Shown here piece after piece: positions 38,701-47,872 of a stretch of DNA of 64,000 bases. The position numbers were made by a program, and so were the translations under genes. Below the pieces are notes generated by a model. That model was not told where the DNA came from, searched no databases, and saw nothing but the letters and a program-made list of their open reading frames with translations. Origin of the DNA: Candidatus Latescibacterota bacterium (lineage in GTDB: Bacteria; Latescibacterota; UBA2968; GCA-2709665); assembly GCA_965219995.1 (NCBI GenBank), contig CBDCOX010000002.1, positions 3,008,001 through 3,072,000 on the forward strand, in the 5' to 3' direction. Position 1 is the stretch's first letter, and each line of letters starts with the position of its first letter.

Positions 38701-39303
38701 CTCGAGTTCATGGCCAAACACCGGGGCGATCTGCTTGAAGCGGCCGAAACCCTTCAGCGGACCATCTCCCGGATCGACCGCACCGCCCGCGGCCGGTTCA
38801 TGGCGACTTTCGATGAGATCAAAGAGAATTTCCGGAACACGTTCACGGCGTTCTTCGAAGGAGGCCGGGCGGACCTCCTGATGCCCCCGGACGAAGACCC
38901 GCTGGAGGCGCCGCTGGAGATTATCGCCCGGCCCAGAGGCAAGCGGCTCCAGCACATCAATCTGCTTTCCGGGGGAGAGCGGGCGCTGACCGCGATCGCG
39001 CTGTTATTCGCGATCTACCTGGTCAAGCCCAGCCCGTTCTGCATCCTCGATGAGGTGGACGCCCCGCTGGACGACGCCAACGTCACCCGCTTCGTGCGGG
39101 TGCTCAAACGGTTCGCGGCCGACACGCAGTTCATCGTGGTGACCCACAACAAGGTCACGATGGATGCGGCCGACTGCCTGCATGGCATTACAATGGAAGA
39201 GCCGGGGGTCTCCAGGCTGGTATCGGTCAGACTGGACCACGAAACCCCGGGCGGCAACGGACAGGCGAAAGCGCTGGCGGAAACCACGGCTGCGGACGAT
39301 TGA
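35707..39303 (+). CDS. smc: Chromosome segregation protein SMC
   Basis: GFKSF, GPNGCGKSN, FEEAAG, hinge, LSGGE, LDEVDAPLDDAN; TTG start inferred. Confidence 0.97.
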   Translation: MHLSRLTALGFKSFVQQLDLSLQKGITCVVGPNGCGKSNVVDALRWALGEQRVRSLRSNNMEDVIFSGTRNRKPLGMAEVSITIDNAERVLSTDYSEVTVTRRLFRSGDSDYLLNKVPCRLKDIQNLLMDTGLGAHAYSVIEQGMMDEIISDKPEERRRLFEEAAGVTRYKVQRRAAWNRLESVRRDLETVDAVMGEIERQVKSLARQERKARLYRQLADQMKDLDVRLGRHRFFQMSERSRPIADEMAFLNEDVEVAAGDIARLEARLEAVRAELAERDQALADANAEVSRQSQLVHRKETHIAVAQERIRSIDAFLEQADRRQEVMAARLDSARRQSAAAKRQGAETREALRLAEGELKTERGELEATNHALDARRTRADEQKTQLIATLGEINKGSGRLERERARLEGIAQHQARLEADAKQSALRKEEADDSGREAERQIERLEREFEEKSRLKETYAAEYGRLLEQQQDLNGERSRLLARKEADDARVGLLKKLREGFEGYSSGVRALAVDSPFTDRVRGVVADRIDVDARYTIAIEAALGRALECLLVDEPADALKAMDYLQSGDLGSAAFLPLDSVSNGHETPWTQPDADGVTGRASDLLHGQDSPVHALLRRTLVVNNAETAIGLLEEMRTRGIDVVTENGELFSADGTIYGGKAADGGTGLIGRRNEIETLEANLRAAGSDMQALDAGLEETSASLDESQALIDTTDGILADLNNRLAAHRRELQIAQAEEQRQLRMEVDLRDEIAAAMNDETGLRDAISSEEAELGVLQKRREQLETATREADAALRERERQQRAEQDAVSGRLVEIASLKGSVDRHEHEGQARTRDMVETDREIKRLAADCEERRKERHDLEEAAEDSGKELERLHRTQDELEAKRDRQAERQQALLTDARKLEEEARDKNRRANQNRDRLVRLQGEMAELKTGSEALHARILDEYEVDVRDAGALEDPEFDEDAAERRAGELRERLRRMGPVNLAAVEEYEDQKNHLEFMAKHRGDLLEAAETLQRTISRIDRTARGRFMATFDEIKENFRNTFTAFFEGGRADLLMPPDEDPLEAPLEIIARPRGKRLQHINLLSGGERALTAIALLFAIYLVKPSPFCILDEVDAPLDDANVTRFVRVLKRFAADTQFIVVTHNKVTMDAADCLHGITMEEPGVSRLVSVRLDHETPGGNGQAKALAETTAADD

Positions 39304-39478
39304 CCGGGGCGGTTGGAAATCGCGCAACGGTTCCCGAGGAAACGTTACGGCATCCGGATGAAAAACACCAAAGGATCGGCCGCACTGCGCTGCCGATCCT
39401 TTTCTTTGCGCGGTTCACTCCGGCGAAGGCATCCACCGCCCTGATCCCGACGTCAGATTTTCGGCCAACCCGATGGCT

Positions 39479-41554
39479 TCAAACGGAGCCCAGGCTCTTG
39501 AGGATCTTCGCGACAATGGCATCCGTGTCGCGGATTCCGACTCCGGACAGCCGCTCCAGGATCATCCCCTGCGGGTCCACCAGAAAATAGGCCGGAATCC
39601 CGCGCACGCTATAGGCGCTGGTCGTCTTGGAACGCCATGCCCCCGCACGCACGTGCACCCCTTCGATCCCGTGTTTTTCGATGGCTTTGCGCCATGCGGC
39701 GTCGCTCGAATCCAGTGAGAGGTTGAGGAAAACCACCGGCTGACCGGCGGTTTCTTTCTTTATCTTTCTGAGATCGGGCAAGTTGCTTATGCACGGCCCG
39801 CACCAGCTTGCCCAGAAGTCCAGCAGCACGACCTTGCCCCTGAACTGGCTCAGCGATACGGGCCTGCCGTCCAGATCCTCCAGCGTGAAATCCGGGGCCG
39901 GACGTCCCGGCTGGAGGGCCATCGCCTTGTCCAGCGCCGCCTGGACCGGCGCGTTGTATTCGGGATAGGGATTGGTCGTCCGGTAGTCCCGCCACTTGCG
40001 ACGGACCAGTTCAAAGCTGTTGCCGCCGTACTCGAAACTTCGGATCAATTCCCCTGCCAGGAACCAGTAAAGCACGCGCCCATTCAATTTCTTCTCGGCC
40101 AGCTCAATCCTGTGTGGAAGCCTGGGCATGGACCGTTTCCTGATTGCATAGATCGAATCCAGCTTCGCCTGCACCGCCTGCGCCAGACCCAGACTCGTGA
40201 GGTCCAGCTTCCGGGACAGGCTGAGCGGCTGACGATTTTCGTACAGGGAGTCCAGATGCGCGACAAACTCCGGCGACGGGTCCAATTCCGACAGATCCAC
40301 CATTTCCGACAACCTTTGCGTCTTGTGGATCGAATTCAATTGCCCTTCCATGTCCTTGCCTTCTTCTACGGGCAGCCGGAGAACCAGCGAACCGCCTGTG
40401 GTATCGATTTCCGGTTTTTTCAGCTTGCTTGAAGTCGTGATCCTGTACGATCTGCCACTCCTTTCGTAGAAGGAGTCGAGACGGGCGTGAGCTGCCTGGG
40501 GGACGCCCAATTTCGGCAGATCGATGATGTCGGACAGTGTGGATTTGCGCCTGTTGTCATACAGCGAGTCAAGTCTGCCCGCGACAGGTTTCGGCAGATC
40601 CGACGCACCCAGACGGATCATTTTTGACAGTTTCGGATGCCACCCGTACCGCGCGTAGAGTGAGTCGAGACCTGCGACGGTCTCCTCCCGAAGATCCAGA
40701 CTCGACAGATCGTATTGATCGCTGAGTCTGTTGGACGGCGGCATCCTCATCATTTCCAGGTCCAGCGTCCGGATGAGGTAGGTACTATACGTACCCATAC
40801 CAATTGCCTTTTCGTCCACCAGCGGGACCCGTTTCAGGAAGTCGTGAAATTCAGGCGGGATATCCGGGTTCTCGCGGCCGGTGGCGCGCCGGTAATTTTC
40901 CGGGTATGAAATCTTCAGAAAGGCATACGTGTAGTTGAAAAAGCGCGTCGCGTACTCGACGAATTCCGGCGAGAACGCGTATCTCGTTCGCCGCATCTCC
41001 AGGAATTCAAGCTGGTCCGTGCGCCACCCGTCCGCCAGGCGGGCGAAGGCTTCCGCGTCCATTTTCCTGGAGTCCCTGACTATCTTCTGGAAGTCCTGGA
41101 ACCGGGGGTACCATTCGACAACAAACCGGCTGTTGTCCGCATTGTTTCCGCTGAACCGGAACGAGGTGTGGAGACGGCCGGGGTGGATTTTGATATGCAG
41201 GCTGTCGCCGGGTTCGACAAAGAAAACCAGCGGACCGGGCTTGAAGGCATACGACACGGCCTGCCGCACCCATTTCCATGGGACGCTTCTGGTTTTGAAA
41301 CTTCCCCTGACGAGGGTCCCGCGGACGACGGGAATCTCGAGCGCGAACCGGTTCCGGCCGTCCAGAGCCACGCGCTGCTCGGATTGTCGACCCAGTGCCC
41401 AGGGCGGGTCGTAACGGAACGTGATCTCACGCGACGTGGGGTTGCGTACTTCGCCGGTGATGATCGCGACCGATGGCGGGCCGGTTTCTGACGCCGAGGC
41501 GAAAGTCGACATCGTCATGAAGGCCGCGAGGGTACTGACGGAAAGGCTATTCAT
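39479..41554 (-). CDS. Exported TlpA/ResA-type thiol-disulfide oxidoreductase with internal repeats
   Basis: Signal peptide; APDFTL, LDFWASWCGPC, GIP..FLVD at C-terminus. Confidence 0.85.
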   Translation of the reverse strand: MNSLSVSTLAAFMTMSTFASASETGPPSVAIITGEVRNPTSREITFRYDPPWALGRQSEQRVALDGRNRFALEIPVVRGTLVRGSFKTRSVPWKWVRQAVSYAFKPGPLVFFVEPGDSLHIKIHPGRLHTSFRFSGNNADNSRFVVEWYPRFQDFQKIVRDSRKMDAEAFARLADGWRTDQLEFLEMRRTRYAFSPEFVEYATRFFNYTYAFLKISYPENYRRATGRENPDIPPEFHDFLKRVPLVDEKAIGMGTYSTYLIRTLDLEMMRMPPSNRLSDQYDLSSLDLREETVAGLDSLYARYGWHPKLSKMIRLGASDLPKPVAGRLDSLYDNRRKSTLSDIIDLPKLGVPQAAHARLDSFYERSGRSYRITTSSKLKKPEIDTTGGSLVLRLPVEEGKDMEGQLNSIHKTQRLSEMVDLSELDPSPEFVAHLDSLYENRQPLSLSRKLDLTSLGLAQAVQAKLDSIYAIRKRSMPRLPHRIELAEKKLNGRVLYWFLAGELIRSFEYGGNSFELVRRKWRDYRTTNPYPEYNAPVQAALDKAMALQPGRPAPDFTLEDLDGRPVSLSQFRGKVVLLDFWASWCGPCISNLPDLRKIKKETAGQPVVFLNLSLDSSDAAWRKAIEKHGIEGVHVRAGAWRSKTTSAYSVRGIPAYFLVDPQGMILERLSGVGIRDTDAIVAKILKSLGSV

Positions 41555-41589
41555 ACCTCAAGCCCTCTCTATTCAGATCCGGACATCAG

Positions 41590-41774
41590 CCAACCTCAAT
41601 TTGCATAAACATGCAATCGACAACCCGGTCAGATACGAAGAAATGGGTCATTTCGACTCTGCATATCCGGTTATAGCCGGTGATTGTGGAAATCCCCAAT
41701 CTGCGACATCGATTCGCCACTGATCTCGTGTGTAAATTCAATTTCGCCAAAAAACAGAAACGAATCAAGGCTAA
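41590..41774 (-). mobile_element. MITE with family B terminal repeats, inverted orientation
   Basis: CCAA-CCTCAATTTG...CGAATCAAGG-CTAA. Confidence 0.6.
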
Positions 41775-42035
41775 CCTTGATTCGTCATTTTTCAGAGACG
41801 TTCATTCGAAGTTACGCAAGTGATTAAAGGTGATTTAACTGCTGAATTCTATGATCCTTCAGGTCACTGGACGTGAACGGAAGAGATGTCCTTCCTGACG
41901 ACCTTTTCGGCCCGTTGAGGAAATAACTTCAGGGTCACGGCGTTACCACACACGCCGCTTTGCGCGGTTACTTTTTGTGCCTTTTGTGCTTTTTGTGGCC
42001 AATTTTTCGGTTTTCTTTTATCAAATTGAGGTTAA
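41771..42035 (+). mobile_element. MITE family B
   Basis: CTAA-CCTTGATTCG...CAAATTGAGG-TTAA; similar to 23996-24218 and to the 3' part of 9244-9401. Confidence 0.8.
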
Positions 42036-43156
42036 GGCGTGAAGATGAAAATCTGATCCGTAATCGACTCAGGAGAATGACCGCCATCCGTCGTCTTCAA
42101 TCCGCCGGCGATAACGACGCGGCCGTCATCGAGGAGCGTAACGGTCGCACCGTGTCGCCACTGCCCTACGCTATGTCCCGTAGGTGAAAATACCCGAGTG
42201 TCCGGATTATACAGTGCGATATTGCCGTTTTCATTGTGGATGAAAAACACCCGGCCGGACGGCAGCAGCAGGGCGGCTAACGGATCCATTGCGGAAGTTC
42301 CGGCGGGCGAGAAGGTGTTTGTTTCGGGGTCGTAGATCTCGGCCGTCTGTACCTGAGGCCCGTTTTCGGGAAAGCCGCCAACGATCAGAACCCTGCCATC
42401 CTGAAGGAGCACGGCAGTATGGCCGAAGCGGTCGACCTGCAGATGACCGGCTTCCGTAAATTCATTCGACGAGGGATCGTAGATCAGATTCCGTCCGGCC
42501 AACTCGACTCCACGGAATGTGTGGGCTCCTCCAACGATCAGCACGCGGCCGTCCTTCAGCAAAGTCGCCGTATGGCCATTTCCGGGATGGTCCATCGCAA
42601 TTGTGTCGGAAAATGTGCCTGTAGCGGGATCGAAAACGCGCCATCGTCCACCCGCGGGTGACCCGCCGATCAAAAGGACCTCTCCGTTGGGCAACAGGGT
42701 GGCAGTGCTGGTCCCGAATGTCAAGGGCCCGTCTGCAACGGCGTCGAATCTGCCGGAGTGAGCATCGTATCTCTCAATGGGCAGTTTACCACCATAGCTG
42801 GATATCATCAGAACCCGACCGTCGGGAAGCAATATTCCGTGGTCCCTGTGGCGACTGACAGTCAGGTCTCCGGTAGGCGTTGAGATCCCGGTCTCAGGAT
42901 CGAAAATCTCAGCGCTGTCAAGATAATCGGACTCCCAGACACCACCTCCTGCGGGAGGTAGCGCCGCATTGCCCCCGGCAATGAGGACCTTGCCATTCTG
43001 CAGTCGTGTCGCGACATGCAGATTTCGGGGTCGAGTCAGATTTCCAACCTCGTGCAGTCCCCGTTCATGGTCCGGCATCATCACCGAATCGCTACCGCAA
43101 GCGCAGAAGCTCGTGACGACAAGCAGCGCCTTAGGGAATCTGGCAATCATTTCCAT
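42032..43156 (-). CDS. Kelch/galactose-oxidase repeat protein, probable lipoprotein
   Basis: Repeated HxAxLLxDGRVLIxGG..AEIYDP; CACG lipobox-like site. Confidence 0.85.
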   Translation of the reverse strand: MEMIARFPKALLVVTSFCACGSDSVMMPDHERGLHEVGNLTRPRNLHVATRLQNGKVLIAGGNAALPPAGGGVWESDYLDSAEIFDPETGISTPTGDLTVSRHRDHGILLPDGRVLMISSYGGKLPIERYDAHSGRFDAVADGPLTFGTSTATLLPNGEVLLIGGSPAGGRWRVFDPATGTFSDTIAMDHPGNGHTATLLKDGRVLIVGGAHTFRGVELAGRNLIYDPSSNEFTEAGHLQVDRFGHTAVLLQDGRVLIVGGFPENGPQVQTAEIYDPETNTFSPAGTSAMDPLAALLLPSGRVFFIHNENGNIALYNPDTRVFSPTGHSVGQWRHGATVTLLDDGRVVIAGGLKTTDGGHSPESITDQIFIFTP

Positions 43157-43642
43157 TCTTCTGTTTTTAGGAGTCTGTGAGCGCGACATCTACGCGACAG
43201 GGCTGGCGATGCGGGCAGACAGGTATGTCCGCCTGCCTGCGCTGCAGGCAGGCCCAACCTGCACACAGGCCTTCCTCACTACTCGCGTTGGGATTCGATC
43301 CTGCCGTCCTCTTCGCTGACGTCGATTGGCGTGTATCTCCTGAATCCCGTAGAGCGGTTGGTCCGTCTCTCGCTGTACGACTTTTTTTTAGCCCGCTGGA
43401 TCCATCAGCCTTCTGTAACTCGCGGTTGTCGTCTCTCCAGATTCCGGCGAACCGTTGCGGCGTACACGAAGCCCCTCCAGGATATCCATGAATAGATCGA
43501 GCTAACGCCGCTACGCATAGATAAACGACTGCCGGCCAGCCCTCCAGATCTTAACCCGCCCAACCATGTTTGTTCGGTGGTTTGAATTAGCCGGGGCCAA
43601 AATCGAAATTCCGCGGGATGTAATTTCGCAGTAGCTCTTGTG

Positions 43643-45472
43643 CTACTGCGAACGATACTCGGATATTTTCTCCTTCACGAGATCTACCAGTCGTTCGCCG
43701 CGCAGGTTTTTCGCGATGATCTCCCCATCGGGGGCAATGAGAAACGTGGTTGGCCACGCCACGATACCGTAAGCTTTTTCAATCTTCTCGGTGGAAATCC
43801 CGTTGGCATACGGGATTTCATGAATCCTTATGAAATCTTCCAGGTCTCTTGGATCATTGTGAGCCAGACCAATGATCGTGAGTCCCCCGTCCGGAAAAGA
43901 CTCGTGAAGGTTCTTGAGATTCGGAAGTTCGTTTATGCAGGGACCGCACCATGTCGCCCAGAAGTCAAGAAAGACAAACTTCCCTCGATAATCGGAGAGC
44001 CGCAGCGAGTCTCTACCTGCGGCCGGCGCCACGAATTCGGGTGCGGCACTTTCTTCTCGCAGGTTCAGTGCATTCGACATCCGTTCAACGCCGCTGCCCT
44101 GGACCGTCCTGGAATTCGGATATTTGCGAATCAGATAATTCAGAACGTTGCGCGCGGCAACTGCGTTTCCGTAATCCCGGAAATGTTGTGCCGCACGCCA
44201 GAGCACTTTTTCCCCTTCACGTGAATCGGGCGGCAGGTTTCGTTCCTTCGCCACCAGAATGCCGGTAAAGAAAAAAGGCGGAACGTTGTATTTCTCGCCG
44301 AGATCCGGTGCGTGTTGTAGCCCTTCATCGAGGCGCAGATAGGTGATTGTATCGTACGTCCTAAAGAAAATGGAATTCGGATCCATTTTCTTTGCCAACT
44401 GCGCCATCTGGCTAAAGTAGCTCTCGTAGACCGTACTCTGATAGTGCTCCCTTCTCTTTTCTTCGAACTCCTGTTTATTGTGTCTCAGACTTTGCAAACC
44501 CTTCATCGCTTCAGCGTGGGGATGAAATCTTTTCAGGAATTCAAATCTAATTTTTACGAAGAGTTGTTCGAAATAAGCGGGGTATCGATTCGCAATTTCC
44601 CGGAATCTTTCTTCGCGCTCGATAAAGGCGGAAACGTCGCTCTCTGAGGATTGGGTGGTGTCGCGTTTGCTGAACAGAACCTGCATGTTTTCTTTTTGGA
44701 AAGTGTAGATTTCATCCACAAGACTGGCGAAGGCAGCCTGGTGTTCCCCGCCTGAGAATTCGGCTCTTGAGTCCCTCTTCGGCCGGACATACTGAGACGG
44801 ATCGAAGATAACCTCTCCACCTTCGTAGATTGAGTTGAATGTAACGAAACTACGAGGGTTGGGAATTGCACGGGAATGACTCAAGTCATAAACGTCGCTA
44901 CCACCGTTACTTACAATAAACCGATATCCACCGCCGACTTTAACGGGACTATCGCCTGGCAAAACCCACACGCTGTCTTTCCTCACCATTTCAATCGCGC
45001 CCCACGGCCGCCATCGACAAAAGTCACCCCACAGTTTGACCCATTCTATACCGGGCTTCAGACCGAAAGGTTCAAGATAAGCCGTCACATTTGCGTGAGT
45101 GCCGGCGTCAGGAACAAGCACTGACGTTTTTAACGTCTCATAACCGAAGGCGGAGATAACAAGCGTATACAGCCCGGGTTCCACGTCGAAAGTGAACTCC
45201 TTAGTGTCTAGCGACCGGGAGTTTTTCGGCCTGACGACAAATGGTCTCCACGTCAATTTCAATTCTTCTATCCCCACATAAATTGAATCCGGAATCGCCT
45301 TTCCATTTAACTTGATCGTCCCTGAAATAGTCGATCTGGAGGGTCTTTGCTCGTCGGGTCGTCCCGAGATTTCCAGATCCGGCTGTTGGACAACAGACAG
45401 CATTGAATCTGTTGACGCCGATACGTCGCCGGGAAGGAACAGGAAAAGTGCAGTCGCGATTCTCAAATTCAT
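43643..45472 (-). CDS. Exported multidomain TlpA-type thioredoxin protein
   Basis: LDFWATWCGPC, AWPTTFLI..G.I..KNLRG; N-terminal beta-rich region (PGLYTLVISAFGYE). Confidence 0.8.
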   Translation of the reverse strand: MNLRIATALFLFLPGDVSASTDSMLSVVQQPDLEISGRPDEQRPSRSTISGTIKLNGKAIPDSIYVGIEELKLTWRPFVVRPKNSRSLDTKEFTFDVEPGLYTLVISAFGYETLKTSVLVPDAGTHANVTAYLEPFGLKPGIEWVKLWGDFCRWRPWGAIEMVRKDSVWVLPGDSPVKVGGGYRFIVSNGGSDVYDLSHSRAIPNPRSFVTFNSIYEGGEVIFDPSQYVRPKRDSRAEFSGGEHQAAFASLVDEIYTFQKENMQVLFSKRDTTQSSESDVSAFIEREERFREIANRYPAYFEQLFVKIRFEFLKRFHPHAEAMKGLQSLRHNKQEFEEKRREHYQSTVYESYFSQMAQLAKKMDPNSIFFRTYDTITYLRLDEGLQHAPDLGEKYNVPPFFFTGILVAKERNLPPDSREGEKVLWRAAQHFRDYGNAVAARNVLNYLIRKYPNSRTVQGSGVERMSNALNLREESAAPEFVAPAAGRDSLRLSDYRGKFVFLDFWATWCGPCINELPNLKNLHESFPDGGLTIIGLAHNDPRDLEDFIRIHEIPYANGISTEKIEKAYGIVAWPTTFLIAPDGEIIAKNLRGERLVDLVKEKISEYRSQ

Positions 45473-45566
45473 GGCACAACCCTTACGGACTTGGACTTCA
45501 CTGTTAGACTTCTGCGCAAAGTGCGTTCATGTTTATTCATGCTATCAGCCACCGAATGGCGTTGAA

Positions 45567-45693
45567 ATCCCCCCACCGCATCAGCCGTCGCCGGCACTTC
45601 GACCCTTCGACAAGCTCAGGGGCCGAGCTCAATGCAGGCATGCTGAGGGGAGCGGCTCGGCTTCTGCGACCCCCCCTCAAGGGGGGAGTGATT
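45567..45693. repeat. Composite palindromic repeat with nested CCTTCGACAAGCTCAGG unit and CCCCCCTCAAGGGGGG hairpin
   Basis: Shares arms TCAGCCsTCGCCGG and CTCGGCTTCyGC with 50301-50450. Confidence 0.7.
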
Positions 45694-45778
45694 ACACCGT
45701 TGAACGCGTTGACGCGTTCACATTCACTGATTTGGCTGCGGCTGACTACAGCGAAGGCTCGCTGGGAATGAACTTGAA

Positions 45779-47872
45779 CTATTCCGATTTTCTTGGGTTT
45801 TCAAAGATGGCCAGGTGGTTGTTCAGAAGGGCATATATATGATCGCCCGCCGGGATAAACATATCGCGCCCCCGCGCGGCCTCTCGCCGGTCAGATCCAA
45901 AAATTCCGGCGCCGGTCCGATACGTCAACCGACGATCCAATCCGAGTCTCTCTTTGCGCTTATACGCGCCGTAGATGGTTTTGCCATACGTCTGAACCGC
46001 TGCGCCCCTGAGAGCGTAGGCAGTTTCTCCTTCAATCATCATCAACCGCGGCAGTCCGGTCCATGGGAGGTAATCCACCTCCACCGGCTTTCGTGGATCG
46101 CTGATGTCCAGAATCGCGATTTCCCTGGGGAGATGTCGTTCAATGTAAGCCCTGTCGTTCCCGATGGTCAGGGGCCCCAATCCGGGAGGCGCCGCAATCA
46201 TGTGGGACTGTAGCCCGCGGGACTCGAAAAAGCGCCAATACGCCGGCCCAAATCGGCCCCTTGCTTCTTCCAGTTTCTTCTCGATGCGTTCCCTGATCGA
46301 ACCGGAAGCCAGTCCTTCCAGGACTTCCCGTACCAAATTCTCATATTCGATCGAGCGACCGAAACGACGCAGCGGGGTCCGGCTCAGTACTTCGGGCCCA
46401 CCTGGATCGGACAGATCGAGTACCACGAAATCGTGTCCAAGAGTCAGGAACAGGCGAGATCCCGCAACCTGCATTGCCCACTCATTGTTCCAGACATGCT
46501 TGTCTGTTTCTGCGATTGAATACGCGTGGATGTTTGGAGGTGGACCCTTTTCCAGTACGTCGAAACTGTGCAACTTCAGAAAGTCATTACTGAGTAAACC
46601 GACGTATAAACGGCCATCCCAGACGCCCCATCCCACGAGCCTGGGAATGCGCCCCAACCACGGGGTTGGTCCCTCTTCAACCGCGTGCACCAGGTTCACT
46701 GCCTGCACGAGGGGACGGTCGGGCCGGCTGAGATTGAAGACGGCCACACCCACGCTGTCCCGAACCTCGCCCCATACATAGGCGCGGGTCGCAGACAGGG
46801 CCAACCGTTCGAACCGCCACCCGGGTTTCTCCGCCCGGCCGATCTCGGCGGGGGCTTGCGGATCCGATACGTCCACGACGCTCAGGCCCCGCTCGAGAAG
46901 CACGACAGCCATTCCATCCTTTAACGCCAGGTCCGCTACGTCCATCTTGTATGACACGCTGCCAATCGGCTGCACTGGCGGTTCAAGCATGCGTCCAAAC
47001 CGGGACCAGTAGACATCCATCCCAACGACTGCAATCGCACAGATCGCCGCAAGCCCCCCAACGACCCATTGAAAGCGCTTGCTGATCTGCTGTTTGAACA
47101 CTCTACACGTCAACAGCAGAATGGCGCCAGCCACGACTACGGCTACGACACCCCTGGTCAATAAAAGAGGTACGTCGAACGCCTTCCTGAGAATTCCGGC
47201 GTGGCCGTGCACGCCGATGGAAAACAGGAGCCTGAAATAGAATGCCACGATTGGGGGGCCCCAGTTCCACGCGATCCCTATAAATACGGTTGCTACCCAT
47301 GCGGCCATCAGGCACATCACCGCGGCTTTGAAGGGATGATCGGTAAGAGTCGAAACCAGTACGGCCGCGCTGTACGGAATCAGAAAGGCCAGGAACCACA
47401 ACAACAGTACCCGGGCGTACCCGACGTCCTCCAGAGTCTCCTCTGCCGGGATAGTCGACCCCGTAAAAAAAACAGTCGTGCGGAACCCGCCTTCACCAAA
47501 GATCCAGCTCCCATCCAGTGACAGCCCGACAAAAATCCCGCCCCAGTACCCGGCCAGGATTGCCAGCAATCCTGCTGCACCCACAACGAACTTTACGATC
47601 AGCATCTTGCGGATTTCAAGGGGCCGACACAACAGAAACGGCAGCGTCGTTCGGCTACGTTCCCGCGCGATTGCATCCATCCCCATCAGCACCGCTCCAA
47701 TGAGCCCAATGAAGTGACCGACAGTACTGACGTCTGTGCCGAGGATGACGCGTTGGGGATACTCCCACAGATTGTATACCAGTCCCGCGATCATCGCCAG
47801 GCCGGCGCATGCGGCGACTTTGTAGGCGGATTCGCGGGCCTCCTTCCAGAACAGAGCGCCGATGGGGTTCAT
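45779..47872 (-). CDS. ABC-2 type permease fused to LVIVD-like repeat domain
   Basis: LFWKE, ARERSRTTLPFLLCRP, TM helices; then VVDVSDP, VLDLSDP, ILDISDP repeats. Confidence 0.75.
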   Translation of the reverse strand: MNPIGALFWKEARESAYKVAACAGLAMIAGLVYNLWEYPQRVILGTDVSTVGHFIGLIGAVLMGMDAIARERSRTTLPFLLCRPLEIRKMLIVKFVVGAAGLLAILAGYWGGIFVGLSLDGSWIFGEGGFRTTVFFTGSTIPAEETLEDVGYARVLLLWFLAFLIPYSAAVLVSTLTDHPFKAAVMCLMAAWVATVFIGIAWNWGPPIVAFYFRLLFSIGVHGHAGILRKAFDVPLLLTRGVVAVVVAGAILLLTCRVFKQQISKRFQWVVGGLAAICAIAVVGMDVYWSRFGRMLEPPVQPIGSVSYKMDVADLALKDGMAVVLLERGLSVVDVSDPQAPAEIGRAEKPGWRFERLALSATRAYVWGEVRDSVGVAVFNLSRPDRPLVQAVNLVHAVEEGPTPWLGRIPRLVGWGVWDGRLYVGLLSNDFLKLHSFDVLEKGPPPNIHAYSIAETDKHVWNNEWAMQVAGSRLFLTLGHDFVVLDLSDPGGPEVLSRTPLRRFGRSIEYENLVREVLEGLASGSIRERIEKKLEEARGRFGPAYWRFFESRGLQSHMIAAPPGLGPLTIGNDRAYIERHLPREIAILDISDPRKPVEVDYLPWTGLPRLMMIEGETAYALRGAAVQTYGKTIYGAYKRKERLGLDRRLTYRTGAGIFGSDRREAARGRDMFIPAGDHIYALLNNHLAIFENPRKSE

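Noticed and set aside
36316-38955. Long antisense ORFs (also 16370-17959, 52962-54428, 60770-62287)
   Set aside because: Shadows of real genes caused by GC-rich codon bias; no recognisable motifs.
43190-43640. Integron attC sites around the AT-richer genes
   Set aside because: No convincing RYYYAAC...GTTRRRY paired structure and no integron integrase.
39800-43960. Selenocysteine in the two TlpA CxxC motifs
   Set aside because: Both encode ordinary WCGPC with Cys codons.
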